64,000 bases of DNA from Planctomycetota bacterium (lineage in GTDB: Bacteria; Planctomycetota; PLA2; JAEUHO01), in the NCBI GenBank assembly GCA_965222115.1, contig CBDCTJ010000007.1, forward strand, positions 1,824,001 to 1,888,000. Reading direction: 5' to 3'. This document shows, piece after piece, positions 30,660 through 39,778 of the stretch. The position numbers were made by a program, and so were the translations under genes. Within the stretch, counting starts at the first letter, position 1, and every line of letters starts with the position of its first letter. Under the pieces are notes generated by a model that saw nothing but the letters and a program-made list of their open reading frames with translations, ran no database searches and had not been told where the DNA came from.

Positions 30660-31652
30660 CTAGCCGAGCGCGAGCATGCGATCCACGGGAATACGTGCGC
30701 GTTCGGCGATGTCCTTGGGGACGGTGACCTCGGGTTTGAGATCGCGCAAGCAGAGGTAGAGCTTTTCCATGGTGTTGAGCCGCATGTAGGGGCATGTGGC
30801 GCATAAGCAGCCCGACGCGGGGGGCGCACAGACGATTTCCAAATCGGGTCGTTTGGTTTCCATCTGATGCTGTACGCCCATCTCGGTGGCAACGATAAAC
30901 TTGCCGCCCTTCGGGCTGGTCACCACGTGGTTGATGAGCTTGGAGGTGGAGCCGATGAAGTCGGCAATGTCGAGCACGGCCTGTTCACACTCGGGATGAG
31001 CGACCAACTTGGCGTCCGGATGTGCGTCCTTGAGCGCCAAGATGCGGCGAGCCGTGTACTGCTCGTGCACTACGCAAAAGCCCGGCCACTTCACCATCTC
31101 GCGACCGGTTTGCTTCTCCACCCAACGCCCAAGGTGTCGGTCCGGACAAAACACGATTCCCTTGTCCTTGGGGAGGCTCTCAACAACACGCACGGCGTTG
31201 CTGGACGTGCAAATGATGTCGCTCATGGCTTTGATAGCGGCCGACGTGTTGATGTAGCTCACCACCAAGTGATCGGGGTACTTCGCAAGCCACTCACCGA
31301 ATAGATCGGGCGGGCAACGATCGGCGAGACTGCAACCCGCGTCGGTGTCGGGCATAACGACTTTCTTGTCGTAGTTGAGAATCTTGGCGGTCTCCGCCAT
31401 GAAGTGCACGCCACAAAAGACAATCACATCCGCGTCGGTCGCTTCGGCTTGCTGGGAAAGGCCCAGGCTGTCTCCCACGTAATCGGCCAAGTCCTGAATC
31501 TCGCCGTCCTGGTAGTAGTGCGCGAGAATGATCGCATTTTGCTCTTTTCGAAGACGTGCAATCTCGGCGTCGATGTCGATGGACGGGTCGATGGATTCCC
31601 GCGTGGGAATCTCAGTAGGGAGCGGCATGGAAGGAATGTCGAGTTCGGGCAT
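30660..31652 (-). CDS. nadA: Quinolinate synthase
   Basis: ILAHYYQ, GDSL, FCGVHFMAETAK, AGCSLA, YINTSA, CTSSNA, AHPEC, CPYM. Confidence 0.95.
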   Translation of the reverse strand: MPELDIPSMPLPTEIPTRESIDPSIDIDAEIARLRKEQNAIILAHYYQDGEIQDLADYVGDSLGLSQQAEATDADVIVFCGVHFMAETAKILNYDKKVVMPDTDAGCSLADRCPPDLFGEWLAKYPDHLVVSYINTSAAIKAMSDIICTSSNAVRVVESLPKDKGIVFCPDRHLGRWVEKQTGREMVKWPGFCVVHEQYTARRILALKDAHPDAKLVAHPECEQAVLDIADFIGSTSKLINHVVTSPKGGKFIVATEMGVQHQMETKRPDLEIVCAPPASGCLCATCPYMRLNTMEKLYLCLRDLKPEVTVPKDIAERARIPVDRMLALG

Positions 31653-31773
31653 GACAGGGCGTCTCCGGGCGTGAGCACGAACGTTTACACCGCGTCGAGC
31701 TCAGCACAGGGAAGCATAGCGCAGCGTCGACGATCGGCGAGGGGGTAGCTGTTTCGCAACCTCGAAAATGACG

Positions 31774-32433
31774 CTAATCGGACGCCTCGCGGCGTTCTGG
31801 AAGCGAGCCAGCAACAAAGGGTCCCTCGGGGAGGATCGCGGAGGCGTGACGAACAAGATGAGGCACTACCTCAGAAATGTTCACGGGGCGATTTAGGCAC
31901 TCAACCATCGAGGTCATCACGCCGCCATCGAGGCCGCACGGGCGAAACTGACGAAAGACGGCCAAGTCGGTTGACACGTTGAGCGCCAGGCCGTGCCACG
32001 TGATCCACTTACGGACCGCAATCCCCAAACTTTGAATCTTCTTCCTGCCAACCCATACGCCCGTGCCGCGCTCCGACCGTTCGCCCTCGATCCCGAACTC
32101 GGCCAGTGTGCGAATGCCAATCTCTTCGAGATCGCGTTGAAACGCGTGCAGGTCTTTGCGGCTCTCCGTGAGATGCACAATCGGATAGGCCACCAGTTGA
32201 CCCGGTCCGTGAAACGTGGCTTCTCCGCCGCGCTCGATGGCCACCACGGGAATATCGCCATCGTAGGCATCGGTACTCGGTGTTTTTCGCCCCAGCGTGA
32301 TCACGGGCGGGTGTTCGCCCGTGAGCAAGACGTTGGGAATCTCGTCTTGAGCCCGTTGTTGAACGAGTTCCTGCTGCCAGGTGTGCATGTCGGCGTAGTC
32401 GCGCATGCCCCAGTGAATATGGATGCCACTCAT
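31774..32433 (-). CDS. lipB: Lipoyl(octanoyl) transferase
   Basis: EHPPVITLG, RGGEATFHGPGQLVAYPI, KIQSLG, HGLALNV, PCG. Confidence 0.93.
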   Translation of the reverse strand: MSGIHIHWGMRDYADMHTWQQELVQQRAQDEIPNVLLTGEHPPVITLGRKTPSTDAYDGDIPVVAIERGGEATFHGPGQLVAYPIVHLTESRKDLHAFQRDLEEIGIRTLAEFGIEGERSERGTGVWVGRKKIQSLGIAVRKWITWHGLALNVSTDLAVFRQFRPCGLDGGVMTSMVECLNRPVNISEVVPHLVRHASAILPEGPFVAGSLPERREASD

Positions 32434-32445
32434 GCGGGTTTCACG

Positions 32446-33522
32446 CTACGCAAGCACACGCTGTTCAAGCGATCGGCCGTGGGGGAACGCCACGCGTTCG
32501 ACTTCGGTTACAAATTCATCGGCGAACGTGCGCGCATTGCCCGCCGCAACACCCAACGTGTCGCGCACATAGCGCATGCCCACTTGGTTGTCTGTGGCAG
32601 GCCCGGCGATCACGTCAGGCTCCACGTCTCGCGCGCGCATCCATTCCAGACCGCCCCACGCCGCCACCAAGTCATTGGCGGTCAGGACGTGTGCACGAAT
32701 CCAAGAGCGAAACTCGGCGTCTGTAAGGATCGATTCAACGCCATAGCGACCAATAATGCCATCACCCATTTCGACAACGATGGCATCCAACCGTTCGCCT
32801 GCTTCGCGTTCTACGCAACGCAAGACCTTCTTGGCGACGGGTGCAAGATTCTCCACGCCCGCGGTACTTGGAAGCCCACAATCCAAGAAGGTGAGCGTTA
32901 CAAGAGCGCCGTGATCATCCATGTTTAGCGGATCGCGTACCGCGGCGACTCCTGTGAGCTTGGCTGCGCCCAACCGATACCCGCGCTGAGTCAATCGAGC
33001 GATGATCTCGCACGCAGCCACGGTCTTTCCCGAGTCCATACATGTACCGGAAACGACGATCACGGGCGGTAGCGGCGTGTCGTCGGGCGCATCGGCCATG
33101 GCGGCATCGGCAATATTCACGCCCTTTCCATCACGGGTGACCATCCCGATCACTTCAACGCGAAGCGGATGGCCCACGTCGCGGTTCTCGCTGACCGCGT
33201 TGCCAAGCACACCGCCCAAATTAAGCAGGTGAATCACGTCGCCCGCATGCAGCGACTCCGGAACGCGACCGACAAACCCGCGCAGTGCGTCGCGGCGCCC
33301 GAGCGCGCCTACAAGCATGTCGCCCTTACCAACGTGGGCCATGCGTCCCGTAGTGAGTTCCACGACGTCGTATACGCGCTTCTGTTCCAATGCCTTGACG
33401 ACCAAGACTTGCCCGCTTCGGCACTCGATGGTCGTTGAATAATTGACATCGGGGCCCAAGGCCAAGCGACTCACCACACTTGAAATTTTGTGGGGGCGTA
33501 CGGAGTCAAATGTCTGCGTCAC
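32446..33522 (-). CDS. DUF1611-like P-loop protein
   Basis: GTCMDSGKT P-loop, AAKLTGVA, DCGLPST, VVEMGDGI; GTGA overlap with the argG stop. Confidence 0.65.
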   Translation of the reverse strand: MTQTFDSVRPHKISSVVSRLALGPDVNYSTTIECRSGQVLVVKALEQKRVYDVVELTTGRMAHVGKGDMLVGALGRRDALRGFVGRVPESLHAGDVIHLLNLGGVLGNAVSENRDVGHPLRVEVIGMVTRDGKGVNIADAAMADAPDDTPLPPVIVVSGTCMDSGKTVAACEIIARLTQRGYRLGAAKLTGVAAVRDPLNMDDHGALVTLTFLDCGLPSTAGVENLAPVAKKVLRCVEREAGERLDAIVVEMGDGIIGRYGVESILTDAEFRSWIRAHVLTANDLVAAWGGLEWMRARDVEPDVIAGPATDNQVGMRYVRDTLGVAAGNARTFADEFVTEVERVAFPHGRSLEQRVLA

Positions 33523-34769
33523 TTTGCATCTCCCGCTGAGGCATCGGCTCGTTCGCGCGCGCGGTTGGCCAATGCGGCACCCATGCCGTAGAGCTTGGCA
33601 AACCCGGCCGCGTCATTACCGGACCATGCCCCGGCCTCTTCGCCGTACACCGCGACGTCACTGTCCATCAACGAATGCGGTGAACGCGTTCCGACCGTTG
33701 TTACAGCGCCTCGCGACAACCGCAGACGCACCTCGCCGGTAACGCGTTCGTTGACGCTATCCAAAAATGCTTCCAAGTCGCGCATGACAGGATCGTAGTA
33801 AAGGCCTTCATGCATGAAGTTGCCGTAAAACGTTCCCAACATCTGTCGCCAATAGGCCTGCCAGCGTGACTGCACCAGTTTTTCGAGATCGCGATGCGCT
33901 TGAATCAACATGAGCGGACCGGGTGCTTCGAAGGCGAGCCGACCTTTGACGCCCAAAATCGTGTCGCCAATGTGCATACCGCGTCCCACGCCGTGGGGTC
34001 GTGCACGCTTATTGAGTGCACGCACAATGTCAACACCCTTCATGGAAGAGCCGTCGAGTGCAACCGGCAAACCATGTTCGAAACCGATGGTGACCTCTTC
34101 GGGCGCGGCCGTTGCTTCCTCGGGCGACGTCGTCATGGTGTAGGCCTCTTCGGGAGGCATGGCCCATGGATCGTGCGTTTCCTTGCCACCAATTGTTGTG
34201 CCGAAGAGTCCCTCGTTGACGCTGTACGCCACAGTCTTCGGATCAATCTTGATACCGTGCTCGGCGAGCCAGTCGGACTCTTGTTCGCGCGACCAATTCA
34301 GCGATCGAATGGGTGCATGAATCGCAAGGTCGGGTGCCAACGCTCGAACAGCGACATCGAATCGGATTTGATCGTTGCCCGCACCGGTGGAGCCGTGTGC
34401 GATTGCAGTTGCACCCACCTCACGCGCCACACGTACGACCGCTTCTGCCTGCGCAGTACGTTCCGCGCCTACGGACACGGGATAGGTGCCGCCACGCAAG
34501 CAGTTGCCCTTAATGAGGTAGGCGACGAAGCGATCCCATACATCATCGCGCGCGTCGATGTGGCGATGATCCTTGATGCCCAACTCGGCCGCGCGGGCGG
34601 CAATGGCCTTCACTTCCTCATCGCGAAACCCGCCGGTATCCACAAATGCCGTGACGACTTCGGCGCCCAACTGTTCGCGCAACCAAATCGCACAAAACGA
34701 TGTATCCAGTCCACCGGAGAACGCAAGCACGACCTTCGCGTCACTAGTCTTTGTTACTTCACGTGTCAA
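33519..34769 (-). CDS. argG: Argininosuccinate synthase
   Basis: VLAFSGGLDTS, AHGSTGAGNDQIRF, HGVGR, FEAPG, AAGF. Confidence 0.95.
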   Translation of the reverse strand: MTREVTKTSDAKVVLAFSGGLDTSFCAIWLREQLGAEVVTAFVDTGGFRDEEVKAIAARAAELGIKDHRHIDARDDVWDRFVAYLIKGNCLRGGTYPVSVGAERTAQAEAVVRVAREVGATAIAHGSTGAGNDQIRFDVAVRALAPDLAIHAPIRSLNWSREQESDWLAEHGIKIDPKTVAYSVNEGLFGTTIGGKETHDPWAMPPEEAYTMTTSPEEATAAPEEVTIGFEHGLPVALDGSSMKGVDIVRALNKRARPHGVGRGMHIGDTILGVKGRLAFEAPGPLMLIQAHRDLEKLVQSRWQAYWRQMLGTFYGNFMHEGLYYDPVMRDLEAFLDSVNERVTGEVRLRLSRGAVTTVGTRSPHSLMDSDVAVYGEEAGAWSGNDAAGFAKLYGMGAALANRARERADASAGDAK

Positions 34770-34922
34770 TCGACGATCTCCTCGCGCACCGAAACCAGGA
34801 ATGGGCGCGTGCAGCGCGGCGCATCTTACGCGCGACGGACCGATGACGACTCAACACTCGAACCAATTCGGCACTGGCGGTGGAATCAATGCGTTGAAGA
34901 TGTCGCGGCGCGAAACGAACAG

Positions 34923-35519
34923 CTAACGCGTGCGCCGCCAATAAAGACGAATCACCGCGCCGCGGGGTGCTGAGCTGCCGGGCTTTCGCGACTGGTGGTT
35001 AACGGTGGCAAGTACGCCCCGCGCAGGAACGCCGGTGGGAAACTGCGCGCTGAGGCCGCGGGCACGTAGCAGATTCTGCGCGACGTGGGGGGCCAGCCCA
35101 ATGAGATTGGGTACGACGACGCGCCGGGGCTGTTGCCTAGGCGGAGGTAGTTGGCGAGGCGGTTGAGCCCCGTGAGATGGTGGAATCACACGACGTGGAT
35201 TTTTGGGGGCCTGGACGTAGCGAAAGCTCAGCCGAATCTGGGCGCCCCGAACCATAAGCGTGCCGGCCGCTGGGTGTTGGCCGTGAACGTATCGCTGGCC
35301 GTGCCCCCGCGTCTTGCCCACCAATCGCGCGCGAAGGCCTACCCGGTGAAGCACTTGCGTGGCTTGGTGAACCGGTTGCCCTACCACGGACGGTACGCGC
35401 ACCTTTTTTCGGCGATTCTTTGCTTCTGCGGTCGCGCTTCCGAAAACACCGCTCGCGCAGAAAACAAGCGTGGCGATCAAGGTCACGAAAACCGACGTGC
35501 TACGGAAACGGCTGTTCAT
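34923..35519 (-). CDS. PASTA domain-containing secreted protein
   Basis: Signal peptide; two PASTA-like units (VRVPSVVG..., VVVPNLIG...). Confidence 0.75.
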   Translation of the reverse strand: MNSRFRSTSVFVTLIATLVFCASGVFGSATAEAKNRRKKVRVPSVVGQPVHQATQVLHRVGLRARLVGKTRGHGQRYVHGQHPAAGTLMVRGAQIRLSFRYVQAPKNPRRVIPPSHGAQPPRQLPPPRQQPRRVVVPNLIGLAPHVAQNLLRARGLSAQFPTGVPARGVLATVNHQSRKPGSSAPRGAVIRLYWRRTR

Positions 35520-35593
35520 GCGGCCATACTATCATCCTCTCAGCATCCGACTGCGCGTCGCAGTCGAGAGCGCTTTGAAGGGATTTCAGTGCC

Positions 35594-36523
35594 TTGACGC
35601 AAACGGATACCGCTTCATCATCGTCGCCTGAAAGCGGCAGGACGAGCACGTCGCGGAGTATAGGCCTGCTTGTTGTTCGCCTCGCTGGGCTGTGGATCTT
35701 CCTCGGCGGCGTAGCGAAATGGTTATTCGGCGCTCCCGGAGATCTTCCCCGCTTTCTGTGGGATCTGCCCATCGAGCGCGCCACGCTCTTTCCACTTGTG
35801 ATCTCATTTGAGATGGCGCTGGGACTCTTCGCGTTTCTTCGACCTACGCGCGGCTGGTTGCCGATCATTCCGGTGTACCTAGCATTTGTCGCTGTGCTTC
35901 TTACGCAGATTGCGTCGGGTGCCACGTCGTGTGGCTGTATTGGAAGTCAAATCCCGGTGCCGCCATGGCTGATGTTGTCCATTGACCTCGTTTGGCTCGG
36001 ATTGATTTTATTCGTTGCGCGGCCGTGGCGGTGGGGGCGACGCGCGCTTCGGCCACTGCCCCTATTGCTCCCGCTCGTTCTATTGGCGGCCGCATGTCCT
36101 TGGATCTATTCGCGCACCGCGAGCGCCGACGATCCATCCAAGGCGGGTATTGCGTGGGTGGAACCCTCGACGTGGAAAGGCAAGCGTTTCGAAGAGATTG
36201 ACATCTACAAGTGGTTCGACAAGCAAGACATTGAACCCACGGCACTGTACCTGCTCTATGTCGAGAGCTGCGAAGTGTGCGCCGAGCACTTGGATTTGCT
36301 CTACATGCGCGAGCAGGGCGAACGCACGGTGTACCTCATGAAAGTCTGGGAAAAAGATGCGTCCGAGGCCACGCGCAAGGTGCATAAACTACCTAGCGCG
36401 CCCTACATCGAGCCGCGTGAACTGCGCGAGGGCGTCCCCTTTTCTGTTACACCACCTGTCGAGATCGACGTGCGCGACGGCAAAGTCGTGCGGGTCATGG
36501 AGGCGGGGGAGGAGCTTCCATGA
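35594..36523 (+). CDS. MauE/DoxX-family membrane protein with thioredoxin-like CxxC domain
   Basis: TM helices with SCGCIG (MauE-type CGC); C-terminal CEVC and VTPP. Confidence 0.7.
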   Translation: MTQTDTASSSSPESGRTSTSRSIGLLVVRLAGLWIFLGGVAKWLFGAPGDLPRFLWDLPIERATLFPLVISFEMALGLFAFLRPTRGWLPIIPVYLAFVAVLLTQIASGATSCGCIGSQIPVPPWLMLSIDLVWLGLILFVARPWRWGRRALRPLPLLLPLVLLAAACPWIYSRTASADDPSKAGIAWVEPSTWKGKRFEEIDIYKWFDKQDIEPTALYLLYVESCEVCAEHLDLLYMREQGERTVYLMKVWEKDASEATRKVHKLPSAPYIEPRELREGVPFSVTPPVEIDVRDGKVVRVMEAGEELP

Positions 36524-37863
36524 AACGCATTTCCTCTCGATCTGTCGTATCCTCTCGATCAAAGTACGTCCCGATTGCAACACTTGCGGTCGTGGCGTTT
36601 GGACTCGCCTTGGCTCTTGCCAAAGAAGATCCCTCGACGAACAGAAAGAAGGGAGGAGCGGAAGCGAATCCCCTCGTGTGGCATGCCGATCTCTATGAAG
36701 CCCACGCGCTGGCGGCAAAGCACCAACAAGCGCTATTTGTCGTCTTTACTTGACAGCCCTGAAAGGACTGCAAGCAGTTTGCCGAGCAGTTTGTTCGGCC
36801 CACGCCCGAGGTCACGAAGCTTCTCTCCGATATGGTGTGCGTGCGCGTCACGAATATGCGCGGCGTCGATCTCTCGGTTTACCACTTCAACTATGATCTT
36901 ACATTCGTGTCGCTGGTCATGCGGGCTGACGGACACATCTACTGCACCTATGGCGACCGCAACGCGCATTCGCCCGATGCCCATTTGAGTATGGAGACAT
37001 TGGCGGCCGCGCTAAAGGCTGCGAAGGCCCTTCACGATGCTTCGCCGATCGCGGATCGAAGCAAGCCCCTCAAGAGGGATCCCAAGACGCACGTCGAGTC
37101 CTTGTCTTCATACGCTAAGACGTTCGCGCCGAAGAAGCGAAACGAATGTGTCCATTGCCACACAGTCAACGATCTTCAGCGGACCCACTTCGAGGCCAAG
37201 GGCACGTGGAAGCGCATTGACAACTTCAAGTGGCCCGATCTCGCCCAGCTTGGCCTCGAGATGAGCACGCGTGATTCACTGGAAGTCACGCGCGTATCTC
37301 CGAAGTCCATCGCATCGAGAGCAGGCGTGAAAATTGGCGACCGACTTGTGAAGGTTGGCGAGCGCGAGCCGCAGAGCTACGGCGATCTCAAGCGAGCCCT
37401 AGATGAGCTTCCGAAGCGTACGGGAACAGCCACCATCGCCGTCAATCGATCTGGGACAACGAAGACGCTCACGGCGAGACTCAACAAGAACTGGCGAATC
37501 CCCAATGCGGCGACCTTTGCGTGGCGCGGCATGAAGTGGCGCATGGTGCCGCAACCGGGATTTGGCGGTCGTCCTCTATCCGTGGTCCAAAAGCGGAAAC
37601 AGGGCATCGACACCAAGAACTTTGCCTTTCGCGTGGGCTACATCGTGAACTGGGGGCCGCGCGCACACGTAGGTCGAGCGGTTGCCGTTGCGGGGCTGCG
37701 AAAGCACGACGTGGTTGTCGCCGTGGACGGAAAGCAGGATTTCGGAAGCGTTTCCGAGTTCCACGCATGGGTGAGACTCAACAAGAAGGTGGGTGAGACG
37801 TTGCGTGTGGACGTACTGCGCAAGGGACAGCCAAAAACGTTTCGCATCCCCATGGTCAAGTAG
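36520..37863 (+). CDS. Trx7/PDZ-type exported selenoprotein with two predicted Sec (UQPUKDC) and CxxCH heme motif
   Basis: ORFs 36520-36753 and 36832-37863 are in the same frame, interrupted only by TGA at 36751 and 36760 (FVVFT-U-QP-U-KDC). Signal peptide, Trx-like VCVRVTNMRGVDL, ECVHCH, two PDZ-like segments. Confidence 0.8.
36765..36799 (+). promoter_or_regulatory. Candidate bacterial SECIS hairpins
   Basis: ggactg-caag-cagttt (36765-36780) and gccgagca-gtt-tgttcggc (36781-36799) directly downstream of the TGA codons. Confidence 0.5.
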
Positions 37864-37866
37864 CCG

Positions 37867-38889
37867 ATGTCAGAGGCATCGTCCCAGCCCCAACGTACGT
37901 GGCTTGCGCCGGGTCAAATCGAGACGCGAAAATTTCCGGTTACCGGCGAGTCTGCGCCATCGGTAGAGGCCCTTGACCTCGCTTCATGGCGCTTAGTCGT
38001 TGAGGGCGATGTCGAGAATCCCATCTCGTGGACCTACGACGCCCTGTTGGCGTTGCCGCAAGAGACGATCGTGTGCGACATTCATTGCGTTACGGGGTGG
38101 TCGCAGCGCGCCATGTCCTTTCAAGGCGTCCGGTTGTCGCGCGTGCTCGAACAATCTGTGCCTACGCCAGATGCTGCGTTTGTGCTGCTTCGCGCCTATT
38201 CCGATCGCGGGCACGCAACCTCGTTGCCGCTGTCACTTGCATTGGACGACACATGGCTCGTCCATTCGAAGGATGGGAAACCGCTTGCTGTCGAACACGG
38301 GTATCCGCTACGCACGCTTACGCCGTCTCGCTTTTTCTTCAAGAGCCTCAAGTGGGTCCATGAAGTGGTTCTGGCGTCAGACGACCAGCTCGGGTACTGG
38401 GAATCGGAGTTCGGTTACCACAACGATGCCGATCCGTGGCAAGAGCAACGCTTCGTTACCGGCGATGTCAATCGCAACAAGGCCGAAGCGTTCTTTCAAG
38501 CACGATCCCTTGATGCGTTTCGAGGCAAGACGCTGCTGGGCGTAACGTGCCACGCATGGACGCCGCGTTCAAAGGACTTGCGTGATATTCATCTTCGAGC
38601 CTGCGATCTACGCGGCGCCAATCTGCAGGGTGTCGATTTGCGGGGATCGAATCTCACGCGCTGTGACCTTCGAGGCGCCAATCTCACTGGGGCGGATCTT
38701 CGGGGCTGCGATATCGAAGGCGCCAACTTGGGAGGTGCAGTGTTGCGTGACTGCGATTTGCGCGGCGCATTGTTATACGCAGTTCAATTGGAACCGGGCG
38801 CCGACGTTGCCGGCGCCCGATGGGATAATTCAACGCAGTTGCTTGAAGGGGCGCGGCGTTACATGGAACGCCACGCACCACTTGATTGA
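37867..38889 (+). CDS. Molybdopterin-dependent oxidoreductase (sulfite oxidase/MsrP-like) fused to pentapeptide repeats
   Basis: DIHCVTGWS Mo-ligand Cys, HGYPLR, KSLKWV, GYWE; C-terminal (A/C)DLRGANL repeats. Confidence 0.85.
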   Translation: MSEASSQPQRTWLAPGQIETRKFPVTGESAPSVEALDLASWRLVVEGDVENPISWTYDALLALPQETIVCDIHCVTGWSQRAMSFQGVRLSRVLEQSVPTPDAAFVLLRAYSDRGHATSLPLSLALDDTWLVHSKDGKPLAVEHGYPLRTLTPSRFFFKSLKWVHEVVLASDDQLGYWESEFGYHNDADPWQEQRFVTGDVNRNKAEAFFQARSLDAFRGKTLLGVTCHAWTPRSKDLRDIHLRACDLRGANLQGVDLRGSNLTRCDLRGANLTGADLRGCDIEGANLGGAVLRDCDLRGALLYAVQLEPGADVAGARWDNSTQLLEGARRYMERHAPLD

Positions 38890-38927
38890 CGACTACCTTG
38901 CGTGACGACTACTTTTTTGATTGAAGA

Positions 38928-39557
38928 CTATGGCGTTGGATTCCGGAAGAACATGGCCGTCCAGTACACGTTGCCGCCACCCGCGTCACACACGCCAATG
39001 GTGCAGTGTGTCCATGCCGGGCTGGAACTTCCCGCCACCTGATTGGGGGCCACGATTTGGCGCAAGTGGCCATCGGAGGCCACCCAGCCGTTCATGATGC
39101 CCTGATCCGAGGTGTTGAGGCCCCATGCAACGTTCTCGCCCACAAACGGGTGGGCCGACGTCGTGCACGTGAATCCACCAGGGTCGTTGCTGATGCCCGC
39201 ATCAAACGCTCGCGTGCATGAGTCTTTGCCCGTGACGGGATCCACGTGAAAGATATTGCCTTCTGCGGCCTGACGACCGCTGTGCGCAAAGGCGACGTCC
39301 GCGGCCGGGGCATACCACTGCAACGCAGGTAGCGGAACTGCCAGGCCGGCTCGGTAGCTGTTGTGGAGCGCAAGCATATTTTGCGCGCGTTGAAGCTCGG
39401 CTGCTGACATGGACGTGCCCGCGTGATTGCCACCTCCACCACCGCCACCACCAACGATACCGTCGCTCCCGCCGCCACCACCACCACACGACGAGAGCAT
39501 GAGCGCCGCCGCTAACGATAGACACGCGGACACCAATTTGTTTGTCAAGACTTTCAC
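38928..39557 (-). CDS. CAP (SCP) domain lipoprotein
   Basis: Lipobox LMLSS-C, HNSYR, GENVAWG, W..SDGH, YWTAMF. Confidence 0.8.
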   Translation of the reverse strand: MKVLTNKLVSACLSLAAALMLSSCGGGGGGSDGIVGGGGGGGGNHAGTSMSAAELQRAQNMLALHNSYRAGLAVPLPALQWYAPAADVAFAHSGRQAAEGNIFHVDPVTGKDSCTRAFDAGISNDPGGFTCTTSAHPFVGENVAWGLNTSDQGIMNGWVASDGHLRQIVAPNQVAGSSSPAWTHCTIGVCDAGGGNVYWTAMFFRNPTP

Positions 39558-39778
39558 GGCGGCTACCTCCCGAACGGCTGGTACGGCATACCAGGCTGTT
39601 CAACGTTGTGTTTTCTCAGTCTTCAATCTACCTCGGACGACACATCCGGCAACCCTTGGGTATCGGTTCCAGTACGCAGGATCTATGAATCGCCCATTGC
39701 GAGAGGCGTCATACCCAATCGGCTTCGGACGATTCTCCCTCCATCGCGGTGTCGAGCCATTCGCGCTACCCTGACGCC

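Noticed and set aside
36751-36762. Pseudogene or alternative genetic code explanation for the in-frame TGAs
   Set aside because: TGA is a normal stop elsewhere (e.g. 14660-14662 and several ATGA overlaps). Two nonsense mutations at CxxC-spaced positions with no other damage are unlikely, though not formally excluded.
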